63,919 nt of DNA, filler included, from Octopus bimaculoides (GCF_001194135.2; 6 parts of 5 records of this genome joined end to end with filler, not necessarily neighbours in it); one strand, 5' to 3'; numbered from the whole stretch's first letter, positions 1 to 13,522 are shown. The notes: a model not told the origin generated them from the sequence alone. Numbers and translations are program-made.

Positions 1-444
1 ACAACAGAGGTTGAAACGAGCAAAATCCAACTTTACTTTAGGTTTTTTTTAACGAGTTTACCTTCTCCATACAGGCGATTATACTGGTGCTCAAAGTTTG
101 AAATACACTGCTGAAATAGTATTTACTGTTGAAAAAGGACTCAATTAGCAATCCATTCTTAAGATGACCAATTTCAGTCTTAAGTCTTTCTCTGTTCGTC
201 GTCGCTTTTGTTTCTTTCAATGAAAAAAGCCATCGATTAGCAGGAAATTTGGCAGAGATAAAACTAATTAAAAACTAACTAGTTTCCCTCCAACATTAAT
301 GGCTGATTCTTAGAATGATCGTCACCGAATAAATCACACGAGTGTAGAGAATACGGAATATGTGTATGGCGTGACAGGGTGCAGACACGTATCTAGATAG
401 CTGCGGTAAGGACAACATAAATAAACAGACAAGCAAACATATAG

Positions 445-559
445 ATGGACACGCACATGCGCGCGCGCACGTACACACAAATGCACACACAGAGACATAC
501 ACACACTCACGCACACGCACACACATGCACACGCAGACACACACATACACAAACACAAG

Positions 560-594
<35 letters not shown>

Positions 595-732
595 ATCCAA
601 ATAACTAAGAACCAAGAAAGACTAGAAAAAATATTTACTTACATATGTACATATGTATGTGTACATACATATATACATATTTATGTGTGTGTGTGCGCGT
701 GTGTGTGTGTGTGTGTGTGGGTGTGTGTGTGT
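445..732. repeat. Compound (CA)n/(TA)n/(GT)n microsatellite; typical of dozens of similar tracts across the window
   Basis: Dinucleotide runs seen directly; they generate the spurious HTHT/CVCV/YIYI ORFs. Confidence 0.95.
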
Positions 733-789
733 AGCAATAATAAATCTCTGAGCAAGATGTAAACATTAGCAGCACGACATCGTGAAGTA

Positions 790-1089
790 TATTTGCCACC
801 TAAATGTTGCTGACCCATATGGGACGATGCTACTATAGTTAATAGCCCCAGGAAGATATCTCCCCCAGTTGGCTAACGACACACTGTCTGTGCCCGATTA
901 GTATTTGCGAAGGGAAATCATCGTTCCCTTCTCTAGCCTGACGTGATACACACTGAATCCCTCTGAGGACTGCGTTAAGGGTACATGGGTCTGTGGAGTG
1001 CTCAGCCACTTGCACGTTAATTCTACGAGTGAGCTGTTCCGTTGATCACATCAGCTGGGACCCTCGTTGTCGTAACCGACGGAGTGCTA
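790..1089 (+). mobile_element. Probable SINE-like interspersed repeat
   Basis: About 300 bp of balanced composition ending in CGTAACCGACGGAGTGCTA followed by a (CA/TA) tail; family identity not confirmed. Confidence 0.35.
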
Positions 1090-1116
1090 CATATATATAT
1101 GTNNNNNNNNNNNNNN

Positions 1117-1150
<34 letters not shown>

Positions 1151-1393
1151 TGCTTTGAAGAAACATACCAACACAATCTTATGTGTTTATGTATATGTGT
1201 ATGTGTATGTGTGCGTGTATGTGTGACGGTGTGTTTGCGCGCGCGTGTGTACAGTCACTCAAGCATAAACACATGTGTTTCCTTTGCAAAAGAAAGTAAA
1301 ACTGGTGGCACTACCCTATATTAAATTATTCAAACTGAGAATCGTGAACTCAGTCTAATAGGGTGGGCTTCCTTCCAACATGACCTTCTAGAT

Positions 1394-1719
1394 CAGAGGT
1401 TCTCAACAGGGGTCCATATAAGACTTTTGGTGGTCCAGGCAGGCAAAATAGTAAACTGGGGAATCACAGTCGTACATTAAGTGTCCATGAAGAAAAACAT
1501 TGATTTAGATGTATTAATTGCAAGAAACAAGTAGGTTTCTTTCTCGAACGTTTTTACATTGCGTTAACAAGTTAAATGTGTTAAAAAACAAATTAGTAAT
1601 TTTCAGAGAAGTATTTATAAAACTCATTTTTAAACATCGAACCGCTATGGGAGTCCACTAAAGTAAAATAGTAATCAAAAGGGTTCACAAGTTTTTTAAA
1701 AAATGGTTGAGAACCACTG
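1394..1719. mobile_element. hAT (Charlie-like) MITE
   Basis: TIRs CAGAGGTTCTCAAC / GTTGAGAACCACTG (13/14). The 8-bp flanks TTCTAGAT and ATCTAGGG resemble the NTCTAGAN Charlie target consensus. Confidence 0.7.
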
Positions 1720-1952
1720 ATCTAGGGAGTACAGCAACCCTTGATAATGGTCGGGTGATTCATGATTAAGCTCTAGGAGGCGGCTTTTGTAACCTGTGTT
1801 TGTAATATACATTCATCTATCGCCCTTGCCGCAAAACAAAAAGGTTCCCAAGTTTCGTGTCACATTATTCTTTTTAATATCGTATTTGTTTTCTTGGAAG
1901 TTTCTTGGGTACATGCATATTTCCTTTCAATAATAATAATAATAATAATAAC

Positions 1953-2005
<53 letters not shown>

Positions 2006-2020
2006 TAATAATAATAATAA

Positions 2021-2490
2021 TGTCCTGATGCAGTACCAGACGGTGGCTTCTATGGCTTCTCATCGTAACTGATTGGAAGTGTTATCNNNNNNNNNNTTCT
2101 ATGGCTTCTCATCGTAACCGATTGGAAGTGTTATCATATACATTGTTTTGTCTTGGTATAAAAGATGTGGGCTACAGCAAATATTCTGCTCAATACCACA
2201 GATTTGCTTGTCAGTTGTTTGACCTTAACCAGTTGAGCATGTACCTTAGTGGCTGAGAATATGTGCATTTCTGATCACGAGAAGTAGTGGAGGAGTATCA
2301 CTGGCATGTGTTGAGAGGAATTCTTTGGGGTTTGGATAATTCACCTTTCGAAACATAGGCGTGTCCTTAAACAACCCGTTTTCAGGGATGTTTCGAGTGG
2401 GATGAGCTTCTCAACCTGAAAAAAATTCTGACTGGGTCCCACCTGCAAGATCATGCGCTGTTAATCTTGATATGAGATCACCATGTCACG
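2021..2490 (-). mobile_element. 3' portion of a retroposon with a (TTA)n tail
   Basis: Non-simple segment running into the (TAA)n tract at 1929-2020; recognised as an octopus-type repeat but not classified. Confidence 0.4.
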
Positions 2491-2558
2491 GACATNNNNN
2501 NNNNNNNNNNNNNNNNNNNNNNNNNNNNNNNNNNNNNNNNNNNNNNNNNNNNNNNNNN

Positions 2559-2638
<80 letters not shown>

Positions 2639-3224
2639 TCAAATTACGATGAACGCAAACAAACAAACGAAGTTTGCTTTTAGAAGCGTTGAGATGTCTT
2701 AGAAAGTTAAAGAAGTGATTTTAAATTCTCAAACGCAGGATAATGCCAATAATATACCCTGAACAGGATAAACTACCCTTATTTTGCAGAAAAAAGTGTA
2801 GGCGGCCAGCTAACAATAATAGTGGTGGCGATGGTAATAATGATAAAAATAAAAATAATGATAATATGCTGTAACTGCTAATACTACAACTAATACAATT
2901 CTGAAAGCACAGGAATCTGAGGCCTAATTACCACTACCTCCACTCCTACTACAATTACTGCTGCTGCTGCCAACACTGCTGCTACTACACATAGATACAA
3001 CAATTACAACAATAAAGACGAAAGAAGATTGAAGAAGATCCTGTTCACCGAAGATTACAAATGAAAGTCGTTCAGCATGGCAGAACGTCGCTGAGGAAGA
3101 CCAGATCAAATAGTATAATTTTCTACGCGGCTGTCCAATGATTTTATTGTGACACCATCACTACATGTATCATTAATCAGGGCGTGGGAAGGCTGCACCT
3201 GATTCCTTTCATTATTTTTATTAA

Positions 3225-3257
<33 letters not shown>

Positions 3258-3309
3258 CACTGATATCACTGATATTATTGTTTTTATTTTTTTTACCATT
3301 TGTGATTGT

Positions 3310-3660
3310 TATATTAACAGACTCAGAGGTTACACTGGCCTATGCATGGCAGGGGTGGCACCAATTTCCAGCGACACAGACAGACTGTATGTACCAAGAA
3401 AAAGAGGGGGAAGAGGACTGATCGGATGCGAATACAGTACTAGAGCAGAAGAAAACAACATAGCATTGTATGTAAAAAAGAAAACCGCTATTATTAGGAG
3501 TAAGAAGGCCAGAGCCTGTGGAGGATGAAATATTATAAAGATAAAGCACTGTACAAGCAATTGAAAGCGAATGAAGCTGAAAATAGGTGGGTAAAGAAAA
3601 GAATGCATGGACACTTTCATAGGAATGTTGAAGATAAGACAGACAGAGAAAAAAGAGCAA
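3310..3660 (+). mobile_element. R4/Dong-clade non-LTR retrotransposon fragment (post-RT region), degenerate
   Basis: Translation SDTDRLYVPRKRGGRGLIGCEYSTRAEENNIALYVK matches the DRLYxPRKxGGRGL motif downstream of the RT in R4/Dong elements. Confidence 0.7.
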
Positions 3661-4799
3661 GCACTAAGAACAAACTCCATAAAATACAGAATAGATGAAC
3701 ATTTTTAAACAACGTGACATCTTGAAAATGACAACCTCGTCTTCATCTAAATTTTTTTTTCTTCGAGTTTTAATCATGTAATGAGTGCAGAAAGAAAGAA
3801 AGAAAGAAAGAAGCAGAAAAGAAGACACGTGTGTGTGTGTGTATATATATATATATGCATACATACACATNNNNNNNNNNNNNNNNNNNNNNNNNNNNNN
3901 NNNNNNNNNNNNNNNNNNNNNNNNNNNNNNNNNNNNNNNNNNNNNNNNNNNNNNNNNNNNNNNNNNNNNNNNNNNNNNNNNNNNNNNNNNNNNNNNNNNN
4001 NNNNNNNNNNNNNNNNNNNNNNNNNNNNNNNNNNNNNNNNNNNNNNNNNNNNNNNNNNNNNNNNNNNNNNNNNNNNNNNNNNNNNNNNNNNNNNNNNNNN
4101 NNNNNNNNNNNNNNNNNNNNNNNNNNNNNNNNNNNNNNNNNNNNNNNNNNNNNNNNNNNNNNNNNNNNNNNNNNNNNNNNNNNNNNNNNNNNNNNNNNNN
4201 NNNNNNNNNNNNNNNNNNNNNNNNNNNNNNNNNNNNNNNNNNNNNNNNNNNNNNNNNNNNNNNNNNNNNNNNNNNNNNNNNNNNNNNNNNNNNNNNNNNN
4301 NNNNNNNNNNNNNNNNNNNNNNNNNNNNNNNNNNNNNNNNNNNNNNNNNNNNNNNNNNNNNNNNNNNNNNNNNNNNNNNNNNNNNNNNNNNNNNNNNNNN
4401 NNNNNNNNNNNNNNNNNNNNNNNNNNNNNNNNNNNNNNNNNNNNNNNNNNNNNNNNNNNNNNNNNNNNNNNNNNNNNNNNNNNNNNNNNNNNNNNNNNNN
4501 NNNNNNNNNNNNNNNNNNNNNNNNNNNNNNNNNNNNNNNNNNNNNNNNNNNNNNNNNNNNNNNNNNNNNNNNNNNNNNNNNNNNNNNNNNNNNNNNNNNN
4601 NNNNNNNNNNNNNNNNNNNNNNNNNNNNNNNNNNNNNNNNNNNNNNNNNNNNNNNNNNNNNNNNNNNNNNNNNNNNNNNNNNNNNNNNNNNNNNNNNNNN
4701 NNNNNNNNNNNNNNNNNNNNNNNNNNNNNNNNNNNNNNNNNNNNNNNNNNNNNNNNNNNNNNNNNNNNNNNNNNNNNNNNNNNNNNNNNNNNNNNNNNN

Positions 4800-4838
<39 letters not shown>

Positions 4839-5255
4839 CTAGATAGATAGATAGATAGATAGACCAATTGCTTCATTGCTTGATTAATTGCTTGCTTGCT
4901 TGCTTGATTGATTGATTGATTGATTGATTGATCGATCGATTGATTAATTGATTGATTGATTGAGAGGGAGAGACAGACAGGCATATAAAAGAAGATGGCT
5001 TAAAGCATATAATACAAAATACGAGAGCATTCAACAGGTGGAGTTGTATTAAATAACTGTAAGACACCATCGCTAGTTGACATCTCGTGGCGCTACAGTC
5101 TGTTCCATGAACCTAAGCAATAATTGCATAATACACTCATTCAGACTTCCTACTTTGACGTATTCTATCCTATATACTCCCAGCAAGCCTCAGTAAGTGC
5201 ATTATACCACACTACTATTCTATAATTAGATGGAACAGGCTATAGCCACACCAGA

Positions 5256-5289
<34 letters not shown>

Positions 5290-5299
5290 CATTATTATT

Positions 5300-5738
5300 C
5301 AGTAATTTTATTTTTATAACGTGCTTTCACTTCACTACCGAGCGCAGCTCTGTGTGCCTTGGGTATGTGCTGTGGTTTGCTGTGATGCTCTTATGGATAC
5401 TGTATTGAAAGTGTTTTGCGTAGGACGTGTGCAGTGCCCAGTAGTGCAATATTCTGTATGTTACATATATTTGTAAGTCCTGGTGTTTTTGTTATGTATT
5501 TGTCTGAATATTTTTTTTATTATACTTAAGGCACCTACTATGATAGGAATTGTTTCTGTTTTTAGATTCCACATTCGAGTTACCTTTATTTCCAGGTCTT
5601 TGTATTTGAATGTTTCTCCATTTCTTTTAGAGAAACGTTGTCATCTGCTGGTATTGATACATCTATTAGAAAGCATGTTTTCCTTCATGATCTTTGACAA
5701 TTATATCTGGTCTATTGGTCTTAATTTCTTTATCTATC
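5300..5738 (-). mobile_element. R4/Dong-clade element 3' end (restriction-like endonuclease C-terminus plus 3' UTR), 5'-truncated
   Basis: Frameshifted RPDIIVKD...LIDVSIPADDNV...KYKDLE...NIQNIALLGTAHVLRKTLS, then a UTR running into (TAA)n; (TAA)n on both sides. Confidence 0.8.
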
Positions 5739-5830
5739 TATTATTAATATTATTGTTGTTGTTGTTATTATTATTATTATTGTTGTTGTTGTTATTATTA
5801 TTATTATTGTTGTTGTTGTTGTTGTTGTTG

Positions 5831-5901
<71 letters not shown>

Positions 5902-7215
5902 TTCCTTGTTGTTGCTGCTTTGTTTTATACCAGCTGTTCCAAGTCTCAATCAGGGACCTGAAGTAAGGATTAGCAATCAATGAGATATTTTAAGCAACGA
6001 AGACCAGATTCTGTGAATTAAGATTCTGTGAAAAGTTTGTTGAAATATTTACGGTCTTCAAAGAGATTAAAAGAATCAGACATTCTCAGACTGACAATAT
6101 CTTTCTTAGGATGTGGACGGTAACCATAAGAACAATTTTTTGTAGTTCTGATACTGTTAAGTTCTCTGATATTTGACCATTCTATTTAAGAGCTCCATTT
6201 GGTATTATCCCCAAACCTCCGATGATCACAAGTTCAGTTGTTTTCCTTACATCCACGTTTTTGAGATCCCTGTCACAAGGTCCTTGTATTTACTTCACGT
6301 TTCAAGCATTTTCATTGAAGCGTTGCAATCTGCTAGTATTGAGATATCTATGAGCACATGTGTTTTGCCAATGTAATTTTTCACTACAATATCTGATCTG
6401 TTTATTTGAATAGCTCGATCAGTTTGAATATTAAAGTCCAAAAAAATCTGTGATATCTTTATTTTCTACTAATTTGACAGGCTAATGCTCCCACCAGTAC
6501 TTTTTATATGAGAGTCCAGAATTACGGTATATGATCCAGTGCAAATACTAGCCAAGTCTATTTATCATGGCGATTAATATATTCATTTGAGGCTAACATA
6601 GAGCATACAGAGATAAGGTGGTCAACTGCTTCTCTGGTTCTACCAAAGAGCAGCAGGTAGAATCATTACCATTTGTAAGAAATATGCGTATTTTTGTCTC
6701 AGTTTTACACTCCTTTCTGATGGACCATTTTATTATGGTATAGCTTAGGCACTGATTACAGGATCTAATTCATTGATATTGGTAGGCTTGTTTCGATGTA
6801 CATCGTTTATTTCCAGGAGTTTTTCCCTTAAAGAGTGTGACTTTAGGACATTTATCACTGCCGAAATTCATTTCAGTACCCTCCACTGAATTATTTTACC
6901 GCAGATAAAAGTTGTTCCAGCTGTTGATCATATTTCGTGAAAAGCTTCAGATCATCCATGTAAAGAGGATTGATTTGTCTATTGTGTATTATGTGCCCAT
7001 ATTTTGTGTCATTCGACTGCTTACTTGGGGAAAGTAGATCAACACTAAAGAGTAGTGGTGATAAAGAATCGCCTTGAAAAATACCGAAGTTTATGTCGAT
7101 GTCGCCAGCATTCATAATACCTGTCTCTGATTTCAGTTTAAGAGTTGCTTTCCCTGCCCTCATACTATTCAATAGAAAATTACCAATAACTGAAGAGATT
7201 TTATATATTTCCAAG
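5902..7215 (-). mobile_element. Second, divergent R4/Dong-clade element: RT core plus REL endonuclease, internally deleted and degenerate
   Basis: GIFQGDSLSPLLF and YMDDLKLF RT motifs (ORF 6891-7214); C-terminal LIDISILAD...KYKDL...ELQKIVLMVTVHILRKILS; 3' end abuts (TAA)n. Confidence 0.85.
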
Positions 7216-7325
7216 TATTTCTCAACCCAACTATGGGGAAATCTGTCAAATGTTTTTTAATAATCAATTTATGCAATAGGAAGATTTTTGCGTCGTTTCT
7301 GGCGGACCTATTATTATTATTATTA

Positions 7326-7393
<68 letters not shown>

Positions 7394-7560
7394 GTCTGAA
7401 ATAGGTAGGATACTCGTATATTTGGAGGTAGGAGTGAAGTCGATTTAATCGATCCTAATATTACCTGGTACTGATTGACTCCGACGGGATTTCAGCTCAG
7501 AATTTAAAGGGAAGTAATTAAAATACCGCAAATAATTTTCTCCGTCATTCGCCCACCTTA

Positions 7561-7628
<68 letters not shown>

Positions 7629-8318
7629 TTTCTTACATCATCATCATCATTATTCTTCTGGTCGTGAGAACGACGACTATAATGACGAGAAGAAAATAAA
7701 ATCAAAAAAGCATAATAATGAAGATAATATATATTTTATTTCCTTGATTTTTTGTTATTTGTTTAATAAAACTGAAAACTTGAACATTAATGGCACAATC
7801 TAACAACGCACTAAAAGTAATTACTACGAAAGAAAGGGAAATAAATAGAAACGATATAAATAAGCTAATTTCCGCCATATTTCAAGTAATAAGTGAAGAT
7901 TTCGGTGTTGAAATTAATGAAGGCAGAAGTGAAAAACAAAACACAAACGATATAAAGTAACAGCAGAGCCAGTGTCGAAACACACACAAGCACATACGCA
8001 CACGCACGAACACACACACACATACACATACACACACATCATAGAAAAATGTCTATACACACGCGCACACACACACACACGCACACACACACACACACGC
8101 ACACACGAACATCTTTGCATATATATATATGTTTACATACACCTATATATATATATATGTACATATATATATATATATGTATATGTATATATATNNNNNN
8201 NNNNNNNNNNNNNNNNNNNNNNNNNNNNNNNNNNNNNNNNNNNNNNNNNNNNNNNNNNNNNNNNNNNNNNNNNATATATATATATATATATATATATACA
8301 TTCATATATATATACATT

Positions 8319-8361
<43 letters not shown>

Positions 8362-10451
8362 AAATTCATATAAATTCAAGTGTGTGTATTTATGTACATG
8401 TATGTATATGTATGTGCGCATATTTGTGTGTATGGTGGGGTATACAGAACTCTGTTATGGTATATAACAATAATATTTGGAAATTGCAAACATAAAGAAC
8501 TTCAGTAGTGAAGAGTATGTATAATGATAAAAGTATATAATACTTATTCACGTAAGGTTTTATATGAAGGAAGTGTATAGCAAGTTATAGAAAAATGGCT
8601 TCAACAAAGGGACGGAAAATGTGGAGGACAAAATAGATTTGAGAGGCGTTTTAAACAATTTCAGTTGTCAGAAATGTTCCATAGATGTTGCAGAGAATTC
8701 CACAAAAAAACATTTTAATGAATGAGGGAGAATATGAGAATGAGGGAATAGAGCGGAAAACCCAAGAAAATGGAATGAATATGCATTTTCCCCGTTGTCA
8801 CAGGATTTGAAGTTGGGTCTTGGATGGTGTGATGTCCTGACTTGCACGTGACATAGATTTAAGTGAGAGAGCGTTGCGCAATGTCATCTGCCTCACTCTC
8901 TTGTCTCTTCCTATTTGATTCTAGCAACAGGACGAAGTCAAGACGACTAGAAATAGGTCGGTATAAAGTAAGTGGTCACAATATCCTTTGTGTCTCATTG
9001 CTGGTCCGCCTTCCTGCCCGTTGAACCAATTTCGTGGGTTCCTCCGCACAGACCGCTGGGTTCAGTTTTCACGTTCAAAAGTAGAAAAGCCTTAGCTCAC
9101 CGAAGGTTAAGGCTGTTGGTAACCCTAAGCATGGTTTAGCCAGCCTATAGAAGCCGTTGCCAGGGGTGTGGTTATTATTGTATCCACATCTGTGAATATA
9201 TATCTAATGGAATACAATGAAGATTTGTGGATATGACTAGAATTGTTATTTGACATTGAAAGGGTGCAGGACAACTGGATAACATAGTTGTGTGTCTTGA
9301 TTATAAACACGCACATACACACGAACACACGCTCACTCACCCATTTACTCATTCACTCACTTACTCACTCCCTCACTCACTCACTCACACACTCATTCAC
9401 TCAGTCAATCACACTGGCATATATATACCTTAAAATAAATACATATATTTATACAAACGTGGAGCGGCATATGTAGTAGAATTACGTCGTAGAAATTCAT
9501 TTCATAAGAGGCTTGCGTGTTAACAACATAAAGCTTCGCTCAAAATGTTAGTGGCTCACCAGATACAGGTTTTCAATCTGATTTGGGCTCTTCAGTGACG
9601 AGTACGCTGGGCGTCCTAAACTAAACTGAAAATACTTATCCTGATATAGAAATCTGTAAACAAATCATTGACTGATTTGTGCAAAATCAGTAAATGATTG
9701 ATTAGATTAGAATCAAATGGATATATGCAAATGAAACAGGCTTAAATTAAAATGTCTGCGTGTATAACAACATCTGTAATGTATATACAAACGTGGAACG
9801 GCACTTGTAATAGTTTGTCTCATATTGAAACATATCATAAATGTTATGTAATATGCATGAGTGTATGTATGGTACGTATGTATATATGCTTGTATGTATG
9901 TGTATGTATGCATATATATTTGTGTGTTCGTGTATGTATGCATATATGCATGCATGTAAGTCTATATGACTACATGTATCTATCTACGTTTGCATATATA
10001 TGTGTATGTATGCATCTATGTATGGAAGTATGTATGTGTGTATGTATGTGGGTATATATATGTATGAGTGTGTAGTGATTATTGTTGTTATTTAATAGTG
10101 TTAACTATGTAATATCTTAATAGCAGTAATTAAAGACTTTTTGTTTTTACTTTTTTTTTGTTCTCTTATTGTTGATATTGACGTCGCCGTTATTGTTGTT
10201 CTTATTGCAGTTAGTTGACATTTTCCCCGCCTCCATTTCTTCCTATTCTTTCATATTTTATATATATATATTTTTCTTGTTGCTACCCTCGTTACTGTCG
10301 CTGCTGCTGTTGTAGTTCTTGTTGCTTCTACAATTGCTCTGGTTTCTCTTAATTTTAGTCCTATGTTATCATTTTCTATTTCCTTTTGCACTTCTGCAGC
10401 AGCAGCAGCAGAAGCAGTAGCAGCAGCAGCAGCAGCAGCAGTAGCAGTAGC

Positions 10452-10499
<48 letters not shown>

Positions 10500-10701
10500 T
10501 TGTTGTTGTTGTTGCTGCTGCTGCTGTTGCTTTCTGTCTCCTGTTTCCGAAGAAGAGCTATGTTCGAAACGTAAAACATCCACTCTTTCTTTCCTTCTCT
10601 GAGCGTCTCATTAATACTTTACATGTACTACGTCTTCACGTTGTTCTTTTTTTTTTTCGTGTTGTCTTTTTTCTCCGTTTTTTAAATTATTTATATACAT
10701 T

Positions 10702-11163
10702 GGCGCAGATGTGGCTCTGTGGTAAGAATCTTGCTTCCCAACGACATGGTTCAGGATTCAATTCCACTGTGTACCACCTTGTGCAAGTGTCTTCTACTAT
10801 AGCTTCGGTAGATGGAAACTGAAAGCCAATTGTATGTATGTATATATGTATTTGAGTGTGTGTGTGTGTGTGTGTATGTGTGTGTGTGTGTGTGTGTATG
10901 TGTGTGTGCGTGCGTGTGCGTGTGCGTGGGTATCTCTGAGTGTGTGTATGTGTGTGTAAGTGTGTGTCAGTGTTTGTAAACCCACCATTCTTGACAACCG
11001 GTGTTGGTGGGCTTACGTACCCGTAACTTAGCGGTTTGGTGTAAGACAACCGATAGAGTAAGTACTAGCCTTAAAAAAACATAAGATACATTCGACTAAA
11101 ATTTCAAGGCAGTGCCCCAGCATGGCCGCATTTTATTGGCTGAAACAAGTAAAAGACAAAAGA
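10702..11163 (+). mobile_element. tRNA-derived SINE family 1 (head GGCGCAGGAGTGGCTGTGTGGTAAG), near full length
   Basis: Colinear with the copy at 55556-55942: A/B-box-like head, central domain, internal (GT)n, CCAGCATGGCCGCA tail. Confidence 0.85.
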
Positions 11164-11357
11164 TATATATATTTAAATTATATGTATTTATTTTATCCTA
11201 ATTAATAATAATTCGGATAGAATAAATGGGTTAATAGAAACCAGGGTACCAAAGATCACAAAATAACTGTGGTGTAATTCCTGTTTTTGAGGCAGAAACT
11301 CCTTGATATTTTGGGTATTTGAGTATATATAAATTTAAGGAATGGAGTGAACGCATG

Positions 11358-11502
11358 TTATAACTGCATACTTTATTCCGACATATGTTTCGAAGAATTA
11401 CAATTTATGCGATGTTAAAAATGTAAACTTCTCCTCAGGGAAATGGATCGCATAAATTGTAATTCTTCGAAACATATGTCGGAATAAAGTATGCAGTTAT
11501 AA
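11358..11502. repeat. Perfect 56-bp inverted repeat with a 33-bp spacer
   Basis: 11358-11413 is the exact reverse complement of 11447-11502. Confidence 0.95.
11376..11442 (-). ncRNA. Type I hammerhead ribozyme motif (Penelope-type)
   Basis: ttcc-CTGAGGA-gaag...cttc-GAAA-C-ATAT-G-TC-ggaa. Helix I ttcc/ggaa, extended helix II, minimal palindromic helix III, GUC site. Confidence 0.75.
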
Positions 11503-11602
11503 NNNNNNNNNNNNNNNNNNNNNNNNNNNNNNNNNNNNNNNNNNNNTTAATTAATTAANNNNNNNNNNNNNNNNNNNNNNNNNNNNNNNNNNNNNNNNNN
11601 NN
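11503..11602. other. Artificial assembly joiner, 44N-TTAATTAATTAA-44N
   Basis: The same 100-bp spacer recurs five times; TTAATTAATTAA places stop codons in all six frames. Confidence 0.95.
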
Positions 11603-11789
11603 ATATATATATATATACCGAGAGAGAGAAAGGTGGGAAGGTAGAACAAGCCCTACCCTCTGCCGGTTCCTCTCATTCATTAAATTTTACTTCCTTCCAA
11701 TAATCATGAATGCTGCTACGTTCTAATACTGTCCTATGTTATCTGGAATTTGATGTATTGCACTTGAAAACCAAGCGATAAGAGTGGCC

Positions 11790-12140
11790 AACCAACACAC
11801 TGGTTGGATGATAGCGCCATCGTCGTGGTTGTCGTGGTCGTCGGCGTTGACTTCGTTGCTATCGTCATCACCACCATTACCGCCGCCACCGCCGCCGCAA
11901 CCGCCACCACCACCACCATCATCATCATTATCATCATCATCAACAACAATAACAACAATAACAACAATACCTACATTATCATCATCAGCATCAACAACAA
12001 CTACTTCATCATCGTTATGAAGATCACTGTTCTTATCAGCATCACGATCATTGCCTGCATTATCATCATCATCATCATCATCATCATCATCGCCATCGTC
12101 GTTGTCCTGATCGTTTTCGCCACCATCATCATGAACACCC

Positions 12141-12172
<32 letters not shown>

Positions 12173-12231
12173 GCCATCGTCGTTGTCCTGATCGTTTTCG
12201 CCACCATCGTCATCATGAACACCCTCATCAT

Positions 12232-12262
<31 letters not shown>

Positions 12263-12419
12263 AGCAACACCACCACCACCACCACCATCACCACCACCAT
12301 TATTTTCATCATTACCAGCGCCAACAACTACCACACGAAGACCAAAATAAAACATCCGCATCATCATCATCATCATCATCATCCTAATGAACAACAACAA
12401 CAACAACAACAACAACAGC

Positions 12420-12463
<44 letters not shown>

Positions 12464-12603
12464 CGGCAAGGGCAAACAATGCCGGTTCTCTTCTAGAGAT
12501 AAATCGCAGAAACAAAGAGGACTTCTCTTGTGTTTTTAGGGTTTCTTATTAATTCTAACAACAAAGGACTGAAATACTTCACTATTCCTCTTCCGAATAT
12601 AAC

Positions 12604-12657
<54 letters not shown>

Positions 12658-12743
12658 CGTCGTCGTCGTCGTCATCGTTGTTGTTGTTATTGTTGCAGTA
12701 GTAGTAACAGTGTAGTAGTAGCAGTAGTAGTAGTAGCAGTAGC

Positions 12744-12781
<38 letters not shown>

Positions 12782-13095
12782 CAGCAGCAGCACCAGCAGC
12801 AGTATTAGTATTAGTAGTAGTAGTAGTAGTAGTAGTAGCGGTTGCGGCGGCGGCGGTGGTGTTGGTGTTGGTGGTGTTGGTGGTGGTGGNNNNNNNNNNN
12901 NNNNNNNNNNNNNNNNNNNNNNNNNNNNNNNNNNNGATTTGATGGTATTGTAGTGGTAGTGGTGGTGGTGGTGGTGGTGGTGGTTGTCGATGTTGTTGTT
13001 GTTGTTGCTGTTGCTGTTTTGCTTTTTGGTGTTAGTGTTTTTAATGATAATGTTTCCACACTATTCACAACAATAACAACAACAACAACAACAAC
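11790..13095. repeat. Large compound trinucleotide repeat block (CAT, CAA, GTT, GTA, GGT) with an internal ~75-bp tandem duplication near 12080-12240
   Basis: Seen directly; source of the poly-D/poly-I/poly-Q pseudo-ORFs. Confidence 0.9.
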
Positions 13096-13522
13096 AGGAA
13101 CACTACACTACAGGAACCAGAAATCTAAGAACACCAACGACACCACTCAATTCACGCAATTTATACTTATGCACGCACGCACACACACACACAAGCGATA
13201 TACATATATACTAGCAGTAATACCCGTCGTTGATCGGGTAGTTACTTTTACTGTTTCTCAGACCGAGAAACTAGAAAAATGGGTATATCACATAGAAGAA
13301 CAGCTCTACGGAATCTAGTTGACAGCGATGGCACTGAAAAGACTGCGGGTCAAGTGGAACATCCATTTGTTACTGTTCCTTTTGACGGTTGTATAGGCGG
13401 TATGCCAAAGGAGAAATGAAAGATTCAGTCTGAACGGGAATGAAACTAGAAGAATAGCTATATCATATAGAAGAATAGCTTTATGGAATCCAAGTGACTG
13501 TGCGATGGCACTGAGAGGTCTT

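Noticed and set aside
2048-2135. 39-bp direct repeat
   Set aside because: Flanks a 10-N gap with one mismatch; an assembly overlap or allele pair
3770-4984. ORFs of 300-400 aa here and at 14948-16401, 18192-19397 and similar
   Set aside because: Their length comes from N gaps translated as X
10251-10583. 110-aa Q/T/A-rich ORF
   Set aside because: Decayed (CAG)/(TAG)/(CAA) repeats; nothing recognisable outside the repeats
11723-12496. Long ORFs with poly-Q/poly-D/poly-I tracts (230-250 aa)
   Set aside because: Entirely made of trinucleotide microsatellites and open in several frames on both strands; no domain or splice support
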